Below are positions 11,494-22,622 of a stretch of 64,000 nucleotides of DNA, in pieces. A program made the translations under genes and the position numbers. Below the pieces are notes generated by a model, which saw only the letters and a program-made list of their open reading frames with translations, made no database searches and was not told the DNA's origin. Positions within the stretch are counted from its first letter, which is position 1; each line of letters starts with the position of its first letter. Origin of the DNA: Corallochytrium limacisporum Hawaii (lineage: Eukaryota > Protista > Pluriformea); assembly GCA_002811645.1 (NCBI GenBank), contig PDIP01000038.1:1-64000 (forward strand), in the 5' to 3' direction.

Positions 11494-14181
11494 TCATGTT
11501 CGAATTGATTTGTACAAAGCTTGCAGTGCATTGGCTGGGTGGAGCGTGCGGTCAGGTTCCATCTTGCGCAAGTTCTCGTCGTAATACTCGAGGTCCTTGG
11601 CGAAGACGGCCAGGATTTCCGCATCCTTAAGATTCTGTTTCTCGTAGAATCGCTTGAGTTGTTCATCCAGGATAGCGAGGATACCATCAAAGAGCTGTTC
11701 CAGGTCGTCAGATTGCAGATGATGCCGCAGCACGCTGTACAAACGTGTAGTCTTACTGACAATCGTGACCACATGCGGAGACGCAGCTCCCTCTACTTTG
11801 CTTTGTAGGGTACCATCCTTTGGCAGGGCGCGGGTCAATTCGTTATTCATCATCATTCGGAACTTTGTCTTGATCTCTGTTTCATGCCGTTCCATGTCAT
11901 CTTTCGTGCGCTTGTATTCAGCATCAAAGGACGGCGCCTTTGCGGCTGGCATCACCTTTTTAGCATGCTGTGCTACTTTGTCCAATAGAACGACAGCAAT
12001 CTCAACCGCCGAATGTGCCAGACACAGATGGCGAGCCAGAATATTCTTGATGTTTTGGTTCACCTTGAGGACGCCAGCGCCCACAATTAGCTCCATGGTC
12101 CGCTCGTTGAAGAGCTGGAAAAGCTCAATTTGTCTTCTTGCAATTTCATACACAAGGTTCGGGTAGCGTTCCATCTGGTCAAGACTCTTTCGGCAAATCT
12201 TTGCAAAGTGCATGACAGCTCCTATTGCACGATATTTGCGTCCGTCCAGGAGCAGATATTCAGATTTCTCAGGACCACTTACTTTACCATTATCACCATT
12301 CTTTCCAGTATCATAGGCTACAATGTTGTCAAACACCTGCTGCATGGAAACTGGGACACCTTCGTCTTTCCATGGCTCTGCCTCCAATATCTCTGCGATA
12401 ATCTTCTTGTCCTGTGCGTGCTGTCGAATAACAATTTGCTTGGCAGGTTCGGTGAGCGTGGACTCAATCTTTGTGAAGACTGCCTTCAGTTCAGTCTCCC
12501 GATACTCTGCACATAAGGATCGAAGATCCTTCAGGCCATACTCATCTAAATTTCGAATATTACTTTCCCAGAGATAGTGGACATTGAGCACAGTGGCTTC
12601 AAAATGCTTGTGCAGTAGTGTCTGTGATCCCGAAAGGCCTCCCTTTAGCTTTTCGTCAAGGACTGCTGGCTCAGCACCATCCTCAACCGGCTGGAGATGC
12701 TCATCTTCACCATGCAACCCCTGCCGCAAGCTTTCTTGAATTCCCTCCAGGTGGTCAAAAAGCAGTTGAGTGGCTTTCATCAAAGCGATGCCCCTGGTTG
12801 CAACGGCCTTGAACAATTTGATCCACCTGGTTAAGGGCAGTTTCTGGGCCTGCTGGCCGAGGTGGCTACTGGACTTTGTGTATCGGCCCGCGTACTCTCC
12901 GCCCAGTCCATAACTTTGGAACAAGCGCGCAATCAGATCGTCACAATATAGGGTTGCAAATTCTGTGAATTGCTTGAAACCATCATAGTTACCCGCTTTG
13001 ATCATTGCAATGAAACAACTGGCAATGGTCTCATCCTCTGCATCTTCGTTGCCCTCTTCCTGTGGTTGATCATCATCAGCATCAAGGAGGGACATAATCC
13101 TTCTGAACTTAGCGCTCAGCATGTTCTCCATGTCACTGTTCACCACTGCAATCACTGCCCTTCGAATTTCTTCCAGCTGACTGCCATAGTATCTAAAAGC
13201 ATGAAGCTTGTTGAGGCCATCTTTCAGTCGTGTCAGAGTGTCATCAATAAGCTCCAACGCCTGCGCGTATTCCTTTTCATTTAGCAGCTTATGAGCCTCT
13301 GGCTGGGTCTTCTGAATATCTTGCATACGCACTATCATTTCCAGCAGCTTCAGCAAATTTCGACGGCGTTTCAAGTAACCAACAAGTTTCATGGGCTGTG
13401 AGCACGCACTGTTATGGATCGAGGCGAGGTCACGACGCAGAGAAACTAAACCTCGCATCGCGTTGTTGAGAATCTCGTTCAATTCCTGTTGGTTGTGTAG
13501 GGCACCAATGAACTGATCACTTCTTGATGTAATTTTCTTGGAGAGTTCCTTTTCCAACGAGTCAAGGCTCTGAAGCAACTGAGTTTCTATCGTGTTTGCT
13601 GCTGCCTTGAGTGCCTCCCCCTCATCCTTTTTCGATTCAAACGGCAGGAGTCCCCGCTCTTTAGTGTGTGTTGCATACTCTATTCGCTTCAGCGATCCGT
13701 CCGTTTCGACTTCTACTCCATGACTTTCATCGAGGGCAAACAAGTTCGCAAATGTACCATCCTTCTCCAGCTGGAAGTCTTTGTCATAAAAGAGCTCCAA
13801 GTTTGCTTCCTCCATAACTGCAGCGCTTTTACGTTTTGCATTCTCGATGACTGTTTGCAAGTCCGCCTCTTGTCGATTCCCACTCATGGCACCCGTGATC
13901 TTATTCAGGTAGGAAGAGAAGTCCACGTACGAAATAGGTTTGAATTGCGGATTTGGGTGGACCTCAGCATTAATGAACGCTTCTCCCCATTTTGCAGCAA
14001 GGTCTTCTTTAATAACTCTCATCGCCCCGGGTTTCGGGTCACTAAGCACTGATGTTAAGCTCTGCTCGAAGTCCGTGATCTGAAAGTCTGTCGGTGCAGT
14101 GCCTTTTGCGCCCTGACCATTGGACCGCGCATTGCTGTAAGTGCGCGCGGCCACCTGGCGCGAGCTACCTCGTGACGCCAT
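11494..14181 (-). CDS. VPS54: GARP complex subunit Vps54
   Basis: Coiled-coil region ITSRSDQFIGAL...L and Vps54 C-terminal signature LFNERTMELIVGAG...IKNILARHLCLA; 895 aa, no intron. Confidence 0.9.
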   Translation of the reverse strand: MASRGSSRQVAARTYSNARSNGQGAKGTAPTDFQITDFEQSLTSVLSDPKPGAMRVIKEDLAAKWGEAFINAEVHPNPQFKPISYVDFSSYLNKITGAMSGNRQEADLQTVIENAKRKSAAVMEEANLELFYDKDFQLEKDGTFANLFALDESHGVEVETDGSLKRIEYATHTKERGLLPFESKKDEGEALKAAANTIETQLLQSLDSLEKELSKKITSRSDQFIGALHNQQELNEILNNAMRGLVSLRRDLASIHNSACSQPMKLVGYLKRRRNLLKLLEMIVRMQDIQKTQPEAHKLLNEKEYAQALELIDDTLTRLKDGLNKLHAFRYYGSQLEEIRRAVIAVVNSDMENMLSAKFRRIMSLLDADDDQPQEEGNEDAEDETIASCFIAMIKAGNYDGFKQFTEFATLYCDDLIARLFQSYGLGGEYAGRYTKSSSHLGQQAQKLPLTRWIKLFKAVATRGIALMKATQLLFDHLEGIQESLRQGLHGEDEHLQPVEDGAEPAVLDEKLKGGLSGSQTLLHKHFEATVLNVHYLWESNIRNLDEYGLKDLRSLCAEYRETELKAVFTKIESTLTEPAKQIVIRQHAQDKKIIAEILEAEPWKDEGVPVSMQQVFDNIVAYDTGKNGDNGKVSGPEKSEYLLLDGRKYRAIGAVMHFAKICRKSLDQMERYPNLVYEIARRQIELFQLFNERTMELIVGAGVLKVNQNIKNILARHLCLAHSAVEIAVVLLDKVAQHAKKVMPAAKAPSFDAEYKRTKDDMERHETEIKTKFRMMMNNELTRALPKDGTLQSKVEGAASPHVVTIVSKTTRLYSVLRHHLQSDDLEQLFDGILAILDEQLKRFYEKQNLKDAEILAVFAKDLEYYDENLRKMEPDRTLHPANALQALYKSIRT

Positions 14182-14800
14182 TTGCTCAAGGAGCGGGATC
14201 TATGAGTCGCTGAACTAAACCTACATTTCCATTTGTAAGCCACGCTGGGGATTCATCCGTACACTTCGCATCCTGTCAGTACGCACGCTTCAAGGTCACT
14301 GTGAACCGAGTTCATGTATCGTATTCCTCGTTTACTGGTTACCATCTGCAGGGAACGTCTTAAATAGTCTGTCAATCCGTAAAGGCAAACTGCCAGCCCC
14401 CAGACAATTTGGGTAGCCCACTGTGCCCTGAGACCCTCCCGGTCTCTTTACATGTCAACCTCAAATTTCCAAAACATCGCCTGAAGCCGCCCCGCTCCGG
14501 GTGGGAGTGATAATCCAATACAGGGTCAGGAAAACACAGTAGCGGGGCTGCTCCCTCCGGGGCGGGGCCCTCCCGCCCCTGTTGTTGGGGGAGCAACACA
14601 ATTGCGTCCGTGCGCGTCAGTTTGCAAGATAGGGAGAGTATTGAGATTACACTTTGATTGTGGTACTTTGGAAGCATACTGTACGCACGATCTTCTTAAT
14701 ACGTAAATACTAACATCATAAAACAGGGCCAGCCAATACTGGATGCCACTGTCGAGAGCGAGAATGAGAAGTTAGGCGTACTAACCAACCCGCCAAAAGA
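14182..14800. promoter_or_regulatory. Putative bidirectional promoter between VPS54 and VPS52
   Basis: 619 bp between divergent ATGs. GC-rich core with GGGGCGGGGC at 14559-14568 and further CCGCCCC boxes. TACTAAC at 14708-14714 is followed by CAG at 14724-14726. Confidence 0.6.
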
Positions 14801-16900
14801 ATGGCAACAGAAACCGAGGGCATCGATGGCGTAGCCATTAATTTCGAGAAGTTAGACTTAACAGTCCAAGACTTTAGTAACTTTGACGAAGTCGAAGAGC
14901 ACATTCAGCAGAATCTTGAGGACAACTTCCTGAAGCAAGCGCTAGACGAGGGAAAAGATCTACGAAAGTATGCATCCGACATTGCGAAGGAGCTCCATGA
15001 GAAGGAGGAGAAGAGCATACAGACCTACTTAAAGAAGGCAGATGCAACTGCTCGGCTACACAATGACATTCACGACTGTGACTCGATTCTCGAGAAAATA
15101 GAGGACATCTTAGCTGGATTTCAGAATGAACTTGGATCAATTAGTGCAGAAATCCAGACCCTTCAAGACAGGTCGACAGAGATCAGTCTCAAGTTAAAGA
15201 ACAGGAAAGCTATTGAGGGCACAATAGACGGAATGGTGGAGCAATTAGTGATTCCACCTAACGTGATCGAGGACATTTGCAATTCGGACATTGGGCCAGA
15301 TTTTATTGAGTCACTGCAGGAAATCGACCGGAAATGGAAGCAGATTCAGGCACCAGATCTAAGGAACATTACAGCAGCCAACGACGTGCGGACTGAGATT
15401 GAGAAATTGCGAATGTTGGCATGTGATCGGTCTCGGAAATTTCTCCTTAATCGGGTGTACAAGCTACGTAAACCTATGACCAACATTCAGATGCATCAGC
15501 AGAACAGCCTGCTAATCTATAAGGCTTTGAACTCGTTCCTCTTGACTAATCATGCGGAGTCCTACAATGAGTTGAAAACTCAGTACATTGAGACCATGTC
15601 AAAGGTGTACTCATCCATGTTTAAGCTCTACATTCAGAATGTAATGAAGCACAAATTCGAAGACATGGCCACCAAGGATGACCTGCTGGGAGCGGACGAA
15701 ATGGCAAAGCGGGGAATATCTTCCTTCTTCTCAGCCCGGTCTGCGGCAACTAAGACCCGAGCACACATATTTGCATTAGGAGACCGTGGCCAGTTGTTCC
15801 AGAATCTCCAGGAGGCAGTGCTGCGACCACATGTGGCAGAGAAGAATGACAACCGATACTTTTACGAGGAAATCTTTCGAAGTATGAACTACATCTTACT
15901 GGACAATTGCTGCGCAGAGTACAAATTCCTTGAGGAATTTTTCTTCTTGTCACCGAAGGAAACGCAGGCTATGTTCAATAAGATCATGCAGAAGAGTTTT
16001 CAGGCGTACATGCGCCATTATCACGAGTATTTCCCATCATGCTATGACACCATTGCCCTGCTCAGCTGTGTTCGGATCATCAAGTCATATGGTCAATTGA
16101 TGAAGCAGCGCCGACTGAGATGCCTCAACAAATATTTTGAAGTCGTCCTCGGTCTCCTTGTGCCAAGATTTAATATTGTCATCGACCTCAATCTTGACAG
16201 CGTCAGGACGCTGGACGTTAGCCGTTTGGGCGATATTACCAAGCAGCCCCACCACTACACTAGGCGCTTTGCAGAATTCTTTGCGGCCCTGCTGCATATA
16301 TCGTCTGGGTATGTACCGGAGGTGGACGATGTTCTGATGCGCACGCGGATCGAAGTCGAAACTTTCATTGCCAGGGTGGCAGGTGAATTTAATGGTCGAA
16401 GGGATCAGCTCGTGTTTACCATCAACAACTACGATTTGCTTCTAAGCATCATTGAGGAACGCATCAGCGGGGAATCTCATCATGTCGTGGACATCCAACA
16501 GGTGCTGCAGAGGCGCACAGAAGAGTTTGTGAGGGAGGAACTGAGTCATGTCATTGAGAGCATGATCTTGTTTGTTCAGGACTACGAACCCCATCTTGAG
16601 AAGGGGACACTGGCCCAAGTCAACTTTGATGTGCGGCGCATTGAACAGATTGCAAGGTCCTTCAACCGCGACTGGAAAGGCATTATTGAGAGCTCGAACT
16701 CCAGGATTATGGAACTCTTCTCCAACTTCCAGAATGGAGCTGCCGTTGTGCAAGCTGTGCTCACTCAGCTCCTTGTCTACTATGAACGATTCCAACGCAT
16801 TCTCGCCCAGAGACCGTTCCGTGACCTACCCATCCGTCAGGAGTTGGTAAGCAAAGATGCAGTACGCGTCGAAATTAAGAAGTATAGAGGTGCTTACTAA
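14801..16900 (+). CDS. VPS52: GARP/EARP complex subunit Vps52 (Sac2)
   Basis: IHDCDSILEKIEDILAGFQNELGSISAEIQTLQ, LKLKNRK, PHHYTRRFAEF, VFTINNYDL, FSNFQNG...LTQLLVYY all match Vps52 conserved blocks. Confidence 0.95.
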   Translation: MATETEGIDGVAINFEKLDLTVQDFSNFDEVEEHIQQNLEDNFLKQALDEGKDLRKYASDIAKELHEKEEKSIQTYLKKADATARLHNDIHDCDSILEKIEDILAGFQNELGSISAEIQTLQDRSTEISLKLKNRKAIEGTIDGMVEQLVIPPNVIEDICNSDIGPDFIESLQEIDRKWKQIQAPDLRNITAANDVRTEIEKLRMLACDRSRKFLLNRVYKLRKPMTNIQMHQQNSLLIYKALNSFLLTNHAESYNELKTQYIETMSKVYSSMFKLYIQNVMKHKFEDMATKDDLLGADEMAKRGISSFFSARSAATKTRAHIFALGDRGQLFQNLQEAVLRPHVAEKNDNRYFYEEIFRSMNYILLDNCCAEYKFLEEFFFLSPKETQAMFNKIMQKSFQAYMRHYHEYFPSCYDTIALLSCVRIIKSYGQLMKQRRLRCLNKYFEVVLGLLVPRFNIVIDLNLDSVRTLDVSRLGDITKQPHHYTRRFAEFFAALLHISSGYVPEVDDVLMRTRIEVETFIARVAGEFNGRRDQLVFTINNYDLLLSIIEERISGESHHVVDIQQVLQRRTEEFVREELSHVIESMILFVQDYEPHLEKGTLAQVNFDVRRIEQIARSFNRDWKGIIESSNSRIMELFSNFQNGAAVVQAVLTQLLVYYERFQRILAQRPFRDLPIRQELVSKDAVRVEIKKYRGAY

Positions 16901-18890
16901 CACTGCTAGGCTATGCCTAGTGTTTATGACATCAGAACATACAACGACTGACCCTCTCGGCATTATCAATGTGTTGTCTTCCTTTGCTTACGCAGATAAG
17001 GTTCGCTACTGATTGATTTGCAAATGGTGCGTGACCCCCCCTCGGGTTGCTCATGGTGATGTTATAGGCAGATCTACAGTGACTGAGAAATCTTCCATGT
17101 GAATTGGAGACTAAGAATAGTAACACAGTCGATGCACATTTCATGTCCGTCTATGAAGGGCATTCCTTCACTCAAGAAGACATATTATGCTCAGGCCGTT
17201 CGCACAGTCTGGTAAATCTCGTCGTTGGCCACAGGTGCAACGGCGGATTTAGTCATATGAGCATGGAACGATGCAATGGTTGTCCGGCCTTACGGGGTTG
17301 CAAGAGAGCCATGGCAGAGTTTGTCCTCTCCAGTAAGGTCCAGCGCTGGAAACGAGCAGCGTAGTGGTTCACCACGTGCCATAGAAAATGAACGGAAATT
17401 GGAGGAACGGAGAAAACTAGGGCCTGTGGTTTTCGGAGGTGCATAGATTGAGAAGGGAAGTGCAGGAGGGGTGGCCATGGAAAGAGATCGGTGGAAAAGC
17501 GGATACTTTCAGTACGGGATCGCCGGAGCGAATCCTCTGGAACCCGCCGGCACCATCTATTGTAATCAAGGAGGCCGCAGAATCAGTAATTGTCCACCGA
17601 GCGCCACCTATGATTGCCGGCGTGAATTCTTCGGTTGTGACCGTCTATTCTGCTCATTACTGCTTTTCACACTAGACTGAGTATGTCTGGATGGTTTAAA
17701 TGTAGCGGTGGACCCAGATGGGATCATCCATTCACACCGATGCCACGAATTGACATTGTCATCATCACTGTTTTCAATACATCTCTGTTCTTGTAGAGTG
17801 GCAGACATAATATCACACTACGCTAGAAGGGACCATGTTAAATTTTGTGCAGGTAGCAAGGTATCCGGAAACAAAGGGACTGTGGCCTGAGCGGCTGTGT
17901 GCGCGTGTTGGACCATCATGCCGGCTTTGGTGGTGTGCTGATATCGCTACCAGGGGCCTGTATATGCATTTTCGTGTTGGCCAGTAGGGCAGAGGCCGTT
18001 TGTTAAGGTTTGCTGAAACTGCGTCAACCGCCAGTGTGTAACGAACGAACCAAAGCACCAAAGTGTGATCTCTATTATTCCCACAAAATCTGCCTATTCA
18101 GCCCCGCAAGCAGACAGCCCTCCGGGAGTGAGGGAAAGAAAGAAACACCGACCGCCGGGCCGAACACGCCGTGCTCCGCTGCTCCACCTGCCTTCGCTCC
18201 TCACGCGGCTCACGCCTGCCCCGCTGCGATAGGTCCCAACGTCACTACAAATTCACCAAGTCATTGTGAATGTACTCAAGATCGAATGGTGGTGGAGTAG
18301 ATTGTCCGCGTTGCCCAAAAACTGCAATAAATTCTGATTCCGTGCCCGCCTCGGGCTGTATATGGGAAGAATAGGGAATACACGGGAGGCGTTCCACGGG
18401 CACCGTTCGTCGCCGTGCTAGTCCTCAGCAGACCGATTGGAGATCCCCTATTCATCAATAGTGGAACTATAGCAACACTGCAACCTCTGGGTTTCATCTA
18501 ACGTGTCGGGCTAGTGACCAGGGTGGTTCAGAGTGACTGAACACGGGAGCAAATGCCAGGCGGGCGGCGCACATTGGAAAAAAACACTAACCCACGTTCC
18601 CTCCTCATCCGGGTGTTCAGGTCTGTACATTTACATAGCGGTATATATTTAGATCATCATAAGAACAAGGGCGTGTGTATGTGTGTGTGTGTTTAGTCCA
18701 AGGGCGGGCACCCAAAACTTACGGTAGAAAAGCGTGTGTTATTTTTCTGGGTTGCTCTTTGGGCCAACAACGACGCAACGGGGGTTGATCGGGAAGAGAG
18801 AGGCGGAGGGGGGGGAGACACGTGAAAAATGCTCAGGCTTTTCTCCCAAAACCGAGAAAACCACCCGGCGGTGGGGGGGGCACCCCCCCC

Positions 18891-18948
18891 NNNNNNNNNN
18901 NNNNNNNNNNNNNNNNNNNNNNNNNNNNNNNNNNNNNNNNNNNNNNNN
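18891..18948. other. Assembly gap (58 N) flanked by poly-G/poly-C tracts
   Basis: Run of N seen directly; G8/C8 on the left, C10/G12 on the right. Confidence 0.98.
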
Positions 18949-19993
18949 GGGGAGAACCCCCCCCCCGGGGGGGGGGGGCTCACCGCACCTTTTCGGCCAG
19001 TAGTCAGCTTTGGGTGAAGAAAGACATCGCACCCTGCAGGGGCTTTTGCAAGAATACCGGGAAGCACGGCCCAAGCGGAGAGATAATTCATACTTTAAGT
19101 ATAAAGCAAGATTGGTTATCGGATCCGGGAACGACCCGACGGCTGTCCCTTCCACTCGCTCCGGTCTCAATCAAGGGGCGGCTGCTGACAGCCGAGTTTG
19201 GGCTGCGTGACCGAGCACCGAGGACCGAAGAAGGGGCCGTGGGGAGGGGAGGCCGGTGTTTGCCGAGGCGAAATTTTTGGACCAAGTTGCGCCCCGGTTT
19301 CTCCTTTTTTTTATCGGGGGTCCTGAGATTGTGTGTGGCTCTATTATTACTACGCGGTGCTGACACGCCGCACGCCTGTCTGACAAGTGGTCCGTACTGT
19401 GTCGCGGCGGTGGTGCCTGCGCCTGCCGATAATCGGCAGGGTACGGAAGAGTACGGGCGCGCATCTCTTATTCCTCCTCCCGGCTCTGTCCCTTTCTCGG
19501 AACTTTCGTCCCAGTTCTTTTTACATGGAAAAAAAATTGAGGAAATGCGAATGTTCATCAAAAAGGAATCAGGTCGTGGTCGGGGACTGACTGAAGCAAA
19601 GAGCTGTTGAACAGGGCATGTGGAGCAATACAAGAGAGTGATCATGGAACAGGGTGGACAGTGAACATTTACAGGAACTGTTGTGGCTTTGTCTTGGAGT
19701 GTGTTTTACACCGCTTCTGTGGCTGGACATACGTGTCTGATCCTTCCCATGGCTAGTGCCAATGAGTGAAGGTGTTTCAAGCGCCCCGTGTTCTGCGAAA
19801 CTTATCATCACTGAAACGGACTCACAACTATCAATGATAACCTTCAACGGAGAAATCTAGTTACCTCTCCATCTCGGGTACACTACAAGGAAAGCGAGAA
19901 GACAGTCTGACTTCGGGGACACACGCCGAAGTCGATCTCTTATCGCAAGCGCTCAAAGTTATATTGTCATAGTTGTACCGAGACAGCTAAACC

Positions 19994-20971
19994 ATGTCTG
20001 GCAACCGGAAAGCACGCAACCCCCTCATGCACTTGCTGGCGGGCGGATCCGCTGGTCTGGTGGAGTCTTGCATGTGCCATCCGTTGGACACCATTAAGAC
20101 CCGCATGCAGCTGGCGAAGAACTTGCAGGGTAAGATGCCTGGTCCCTTGGCCACCGCCAAGCGTATTGTGCAGCGTGAGGGTTTTACCGCTCTCTACAAG
20201 GGCCTGACGGCTGTCGTGTCCGGAATTGTCCCCAAGATGGCTATCCGCTTCAGTTCCTTCGAGAGCTACAAAGGACTGATGATGGACGAGAACGGAAAGT
20301 GCACCACTGCCCAAACGTTCTTGGCCGGTCTCGGATCCGGTGTCACTGAAGCAGTCATGGTCGTGACCCCCATGGAGGTGGTGAAGATTCGTCTGCAGGC
20401 TCAGCGCCATTCTATGACTGACCCTCAAGACACTCCCAAATACCGCGGTTCCCTCCATGCCGCTGTTACCATCGTTCGGGAAGAAGGTATCGGTGCCTTG
20501 TACAAGGGTGTTATTCCAACCGTGCTGCGTCAGGCTACGAACCAGGCCGTCAACTTCACTGCTTACAACGCTCTGAAGGAGGCCTATGCCACACACTACA
20601 ACCAGGCTGAGGCTGCCAGCTGGATCTACTTCCTATTTGGTGCCGTGTCGGGTGCCATGGGGCCGTTGGCGAACTCCCCCATCGACGTCATCAAGACTCG
20701 TCTGCAGCGCCAACGCATTATCGCGGGACAGAAACCCAAGTATGATGGTGTTATGGGTACCATCTCCACTATGCTGAAGGAGGAGGGTCCCATGGCTTTC
20801 TACAAAGGTCTAACACCTCGTTTGATGCGTATTGTTCCTGGACAGGCCATTACATTCACCGTATATGAACAGGTGGCCAACTTCCTAACCGATAATTTCT
20901 TCGACCCCTCCAAGAAGGCTGAAGCAGAGGCAAAGTTCGCAGAGATGCAGAAGAAGGCGGGACGGGCGTAA
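19994..20971 (+). CDS. SFC1: Mitochondrial succinate/fumarate carrier (SLC25 family)
   Basis: Three carrier signatures (PLDTIKTRMQ, PMEVVKIRLQ, PIDVIKTRLQ) plus the SFC1-type motifs GIVPKMAIRF, RQATNQ and RLQAQRHSMTDP...KYR; strong codon bias. Confidence 0.88.
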   Translation: MSGNRKARNPLMHLLAGGSAGLVESCMCHPLDTIKTRMQLAKNLQGKMPGPLATAKRIVQREGFTALYKGLTAVVSGIVPKMAIRFSSFESYKGLMMDENGKCTTAQTFLAGLGSGVTEAVMVVTPMEVVKIRLQAQRHSMTDPQDTPKYRGSLHAAVTIVREEGIGALYKGVIPTVLRQATNQAVNFTAYNALKEAYATHYNQAEAASWIYFLFGAVSGAMGPLANSPIDVIKTRLQRQRIIAGQKPKYDGVMGTISTMLKEEGPMAFYKGLTPRLMRIVPGQAITFTVYEQVANFLTDNFFDPSKKAEAEAKFAEMQKKAGRA

Positions 20972-21419
20972 ACCAGTTCACAAGGCTTTTGTCATACCTT
21001 AGGCAATAGGCGTCATCACAAGAGCATGTTTTGACTTCCATTTGAACCACCGGGTTTCATTTCCAAACGGGCGGTTCTTACATCTTGTTCGATATAACTC
21101 ATCGGCCTGCAGGTGAACGAGGACTTATTGTTCGTTCGACCAGCGGCAACAGGTGAGTTGACTCCTTCATTCGGTTCTGATGTTCCTTCTCTCTCCGTAC
21201 CTTTTGCATTCATCGTGCACCATCATTTTGCGCGGCATCATAGCACGGCATCAGTTGCATGTACACGTACATTAAATCAAGATACACATGTTGTAAAGAC
21301 TTGTTATGATCGAACACAGGTTGCGGTAGCCACTGGATCTGCGGCATCAAGCTGTGTCAATCTGGGTATGCAAATGTTTAGCATAGGATGGGCTATTCCA
21401 TGTATGTATAACGACAAAA

Positions 21420-22622
21420 CTATAGGAGCTTGGCCTCGAACTTGTTGCCGGCCTGCTCCAGAGCCTTCAGCAGGGTCTGACCGCCAGCAGTGGCAGGGGT
21501 CAGGAAACCTGTATCAGGGCGGTTGGCCAGGATGGCAATGCTCGTTTCAGCGGCGTACTTGGCAGTCTCTTCGTAGGGGTCAGGGCCGGACATCAACCCC
21601 TTAACGCGCTTACCTGAGGGAGATTCGGCGATGGCATTGTAAATGAAGTAGTTCTTTTTACGCTGCGACTCTTCAGCTCCCGTACCAGGCGCAGGTATCA
21701 GACGCTTCAAAATCCATCGGAGGGGCGGAATGAACATCACGACGGCGAAGATGGCCAGACCAATCTGCGTACTCTTGGCCGCCCAATAGGACGGGAACAG
21801 CTGGTGTTCAAAGTAGGTGAAGTTCTGGCCGTAGCCAGTTCCGTTCTTGTCGGCTAGCAGAGCCTGCGTGCGGCGCACAATACGTGTGTTGGTGTTGGCC
21901 ATGATGAAAGGTCCGTAGTACTGACCCATTTCCTTCTGGTAGTCAACACTGAAGTCATCTCTCTTGTTCTGCTTGCCTGGGTAGGTGGGCGTGTTCAACA
22001 GGCTTGGCTTGCCGCCCTCGCTGATCTTACCAGCCTCGAAACCGGCAAACATGGTGCCCAGGGTACCGCCGCTTGCGCCACCCCTGACGCGAACATAGGA
22101 GCGGACGGACTTAGTTTCCTCACCGGTCAACTCCTTCATCTTCTGGGCCATGAAGAAGGTGGTCATCTCCGCAGGGACAGAGTCGAATCCGCAGCAAGAG
22201 ACTAGAGTGGCACCGGTGCGCTTCGCATCAGCTTCATATTTCTGGATCATCTCTTTCACCCAGTAAGTCTCACCGGTCACGTCAACATAGCTCGTTCCAA
22301 GCTTGGCGCAGGCCTTCACCACAGGCTCACCAACCCGTACGTAAGGTCCAGCGGTGGCAATCACAAGCTTCGCTTTGTTGACCATGGCCTCAATAGAGGA
22401 CTGGTTGGAGACATCCGCAACCACAATCTCCAAGTCGCTCAATTTGGGGTTGAGCGCCACAGCGTTAGCCTTGATCTTCTCCAGTTTGGACTTGGTGCGA
22501 CCAGCAATGGCCCATTTGTAGTTTGTGGAAGGGCGCTTGGCCAGGTATTCTACCACGAGATTACCTGTGTAGCCAGTGGCACCCCAAACAATAAAATCAA
22601 ACGTCGCCATGGTTCTTTGCAT
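21420..22622 (-). CDS. Saccharopine dehydrogenase-like oxidoreductase (SCCPDH / trans-acting enoyl reductase family)
   Basis: Rossmann GATGYTG, WAIAGR, AGPY...GEPVVKAC, YVDVTGE, CGFDSVP, SGGT, GFLTPA. The start may be 22610 (MATF). Confidence 0.9.
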   Translation of the reverse strand: MQRTMATFDFIVWGATGYTGNLVVEYLAKRPSTNYKWAIAGRTKSKLEKIKANAVALNPKLSDLEIVVADVSNQSSIEAMVNKAKLVIATAGPYVRVGEPVVKACAKLGTSYVDVTGETYWVKEMIQKYEADAKRTGATLVSCCGFDSVPAEMTTFFMAQKMKELTGEETKSVRSYVRVRGGASGGTLGTMFAGFEAGKISEGGKPSLLNTPTYPGKQNKRDDFSVDYQKEMGQYYGPFIMANTNTRIVRRTQALLADKNGTGYGQNFTYFEHQLFPSYWAAKSTQIGLAIFAVVMFIPPLRWILKRLIPAPGTGAEESQRKKNYFIYNAIAESPSGKRVKGLMSGPDPYEETAKYAAETSIAILANRPDTGFLTPATAGGQTLLKALEQAGNKFEAKLL

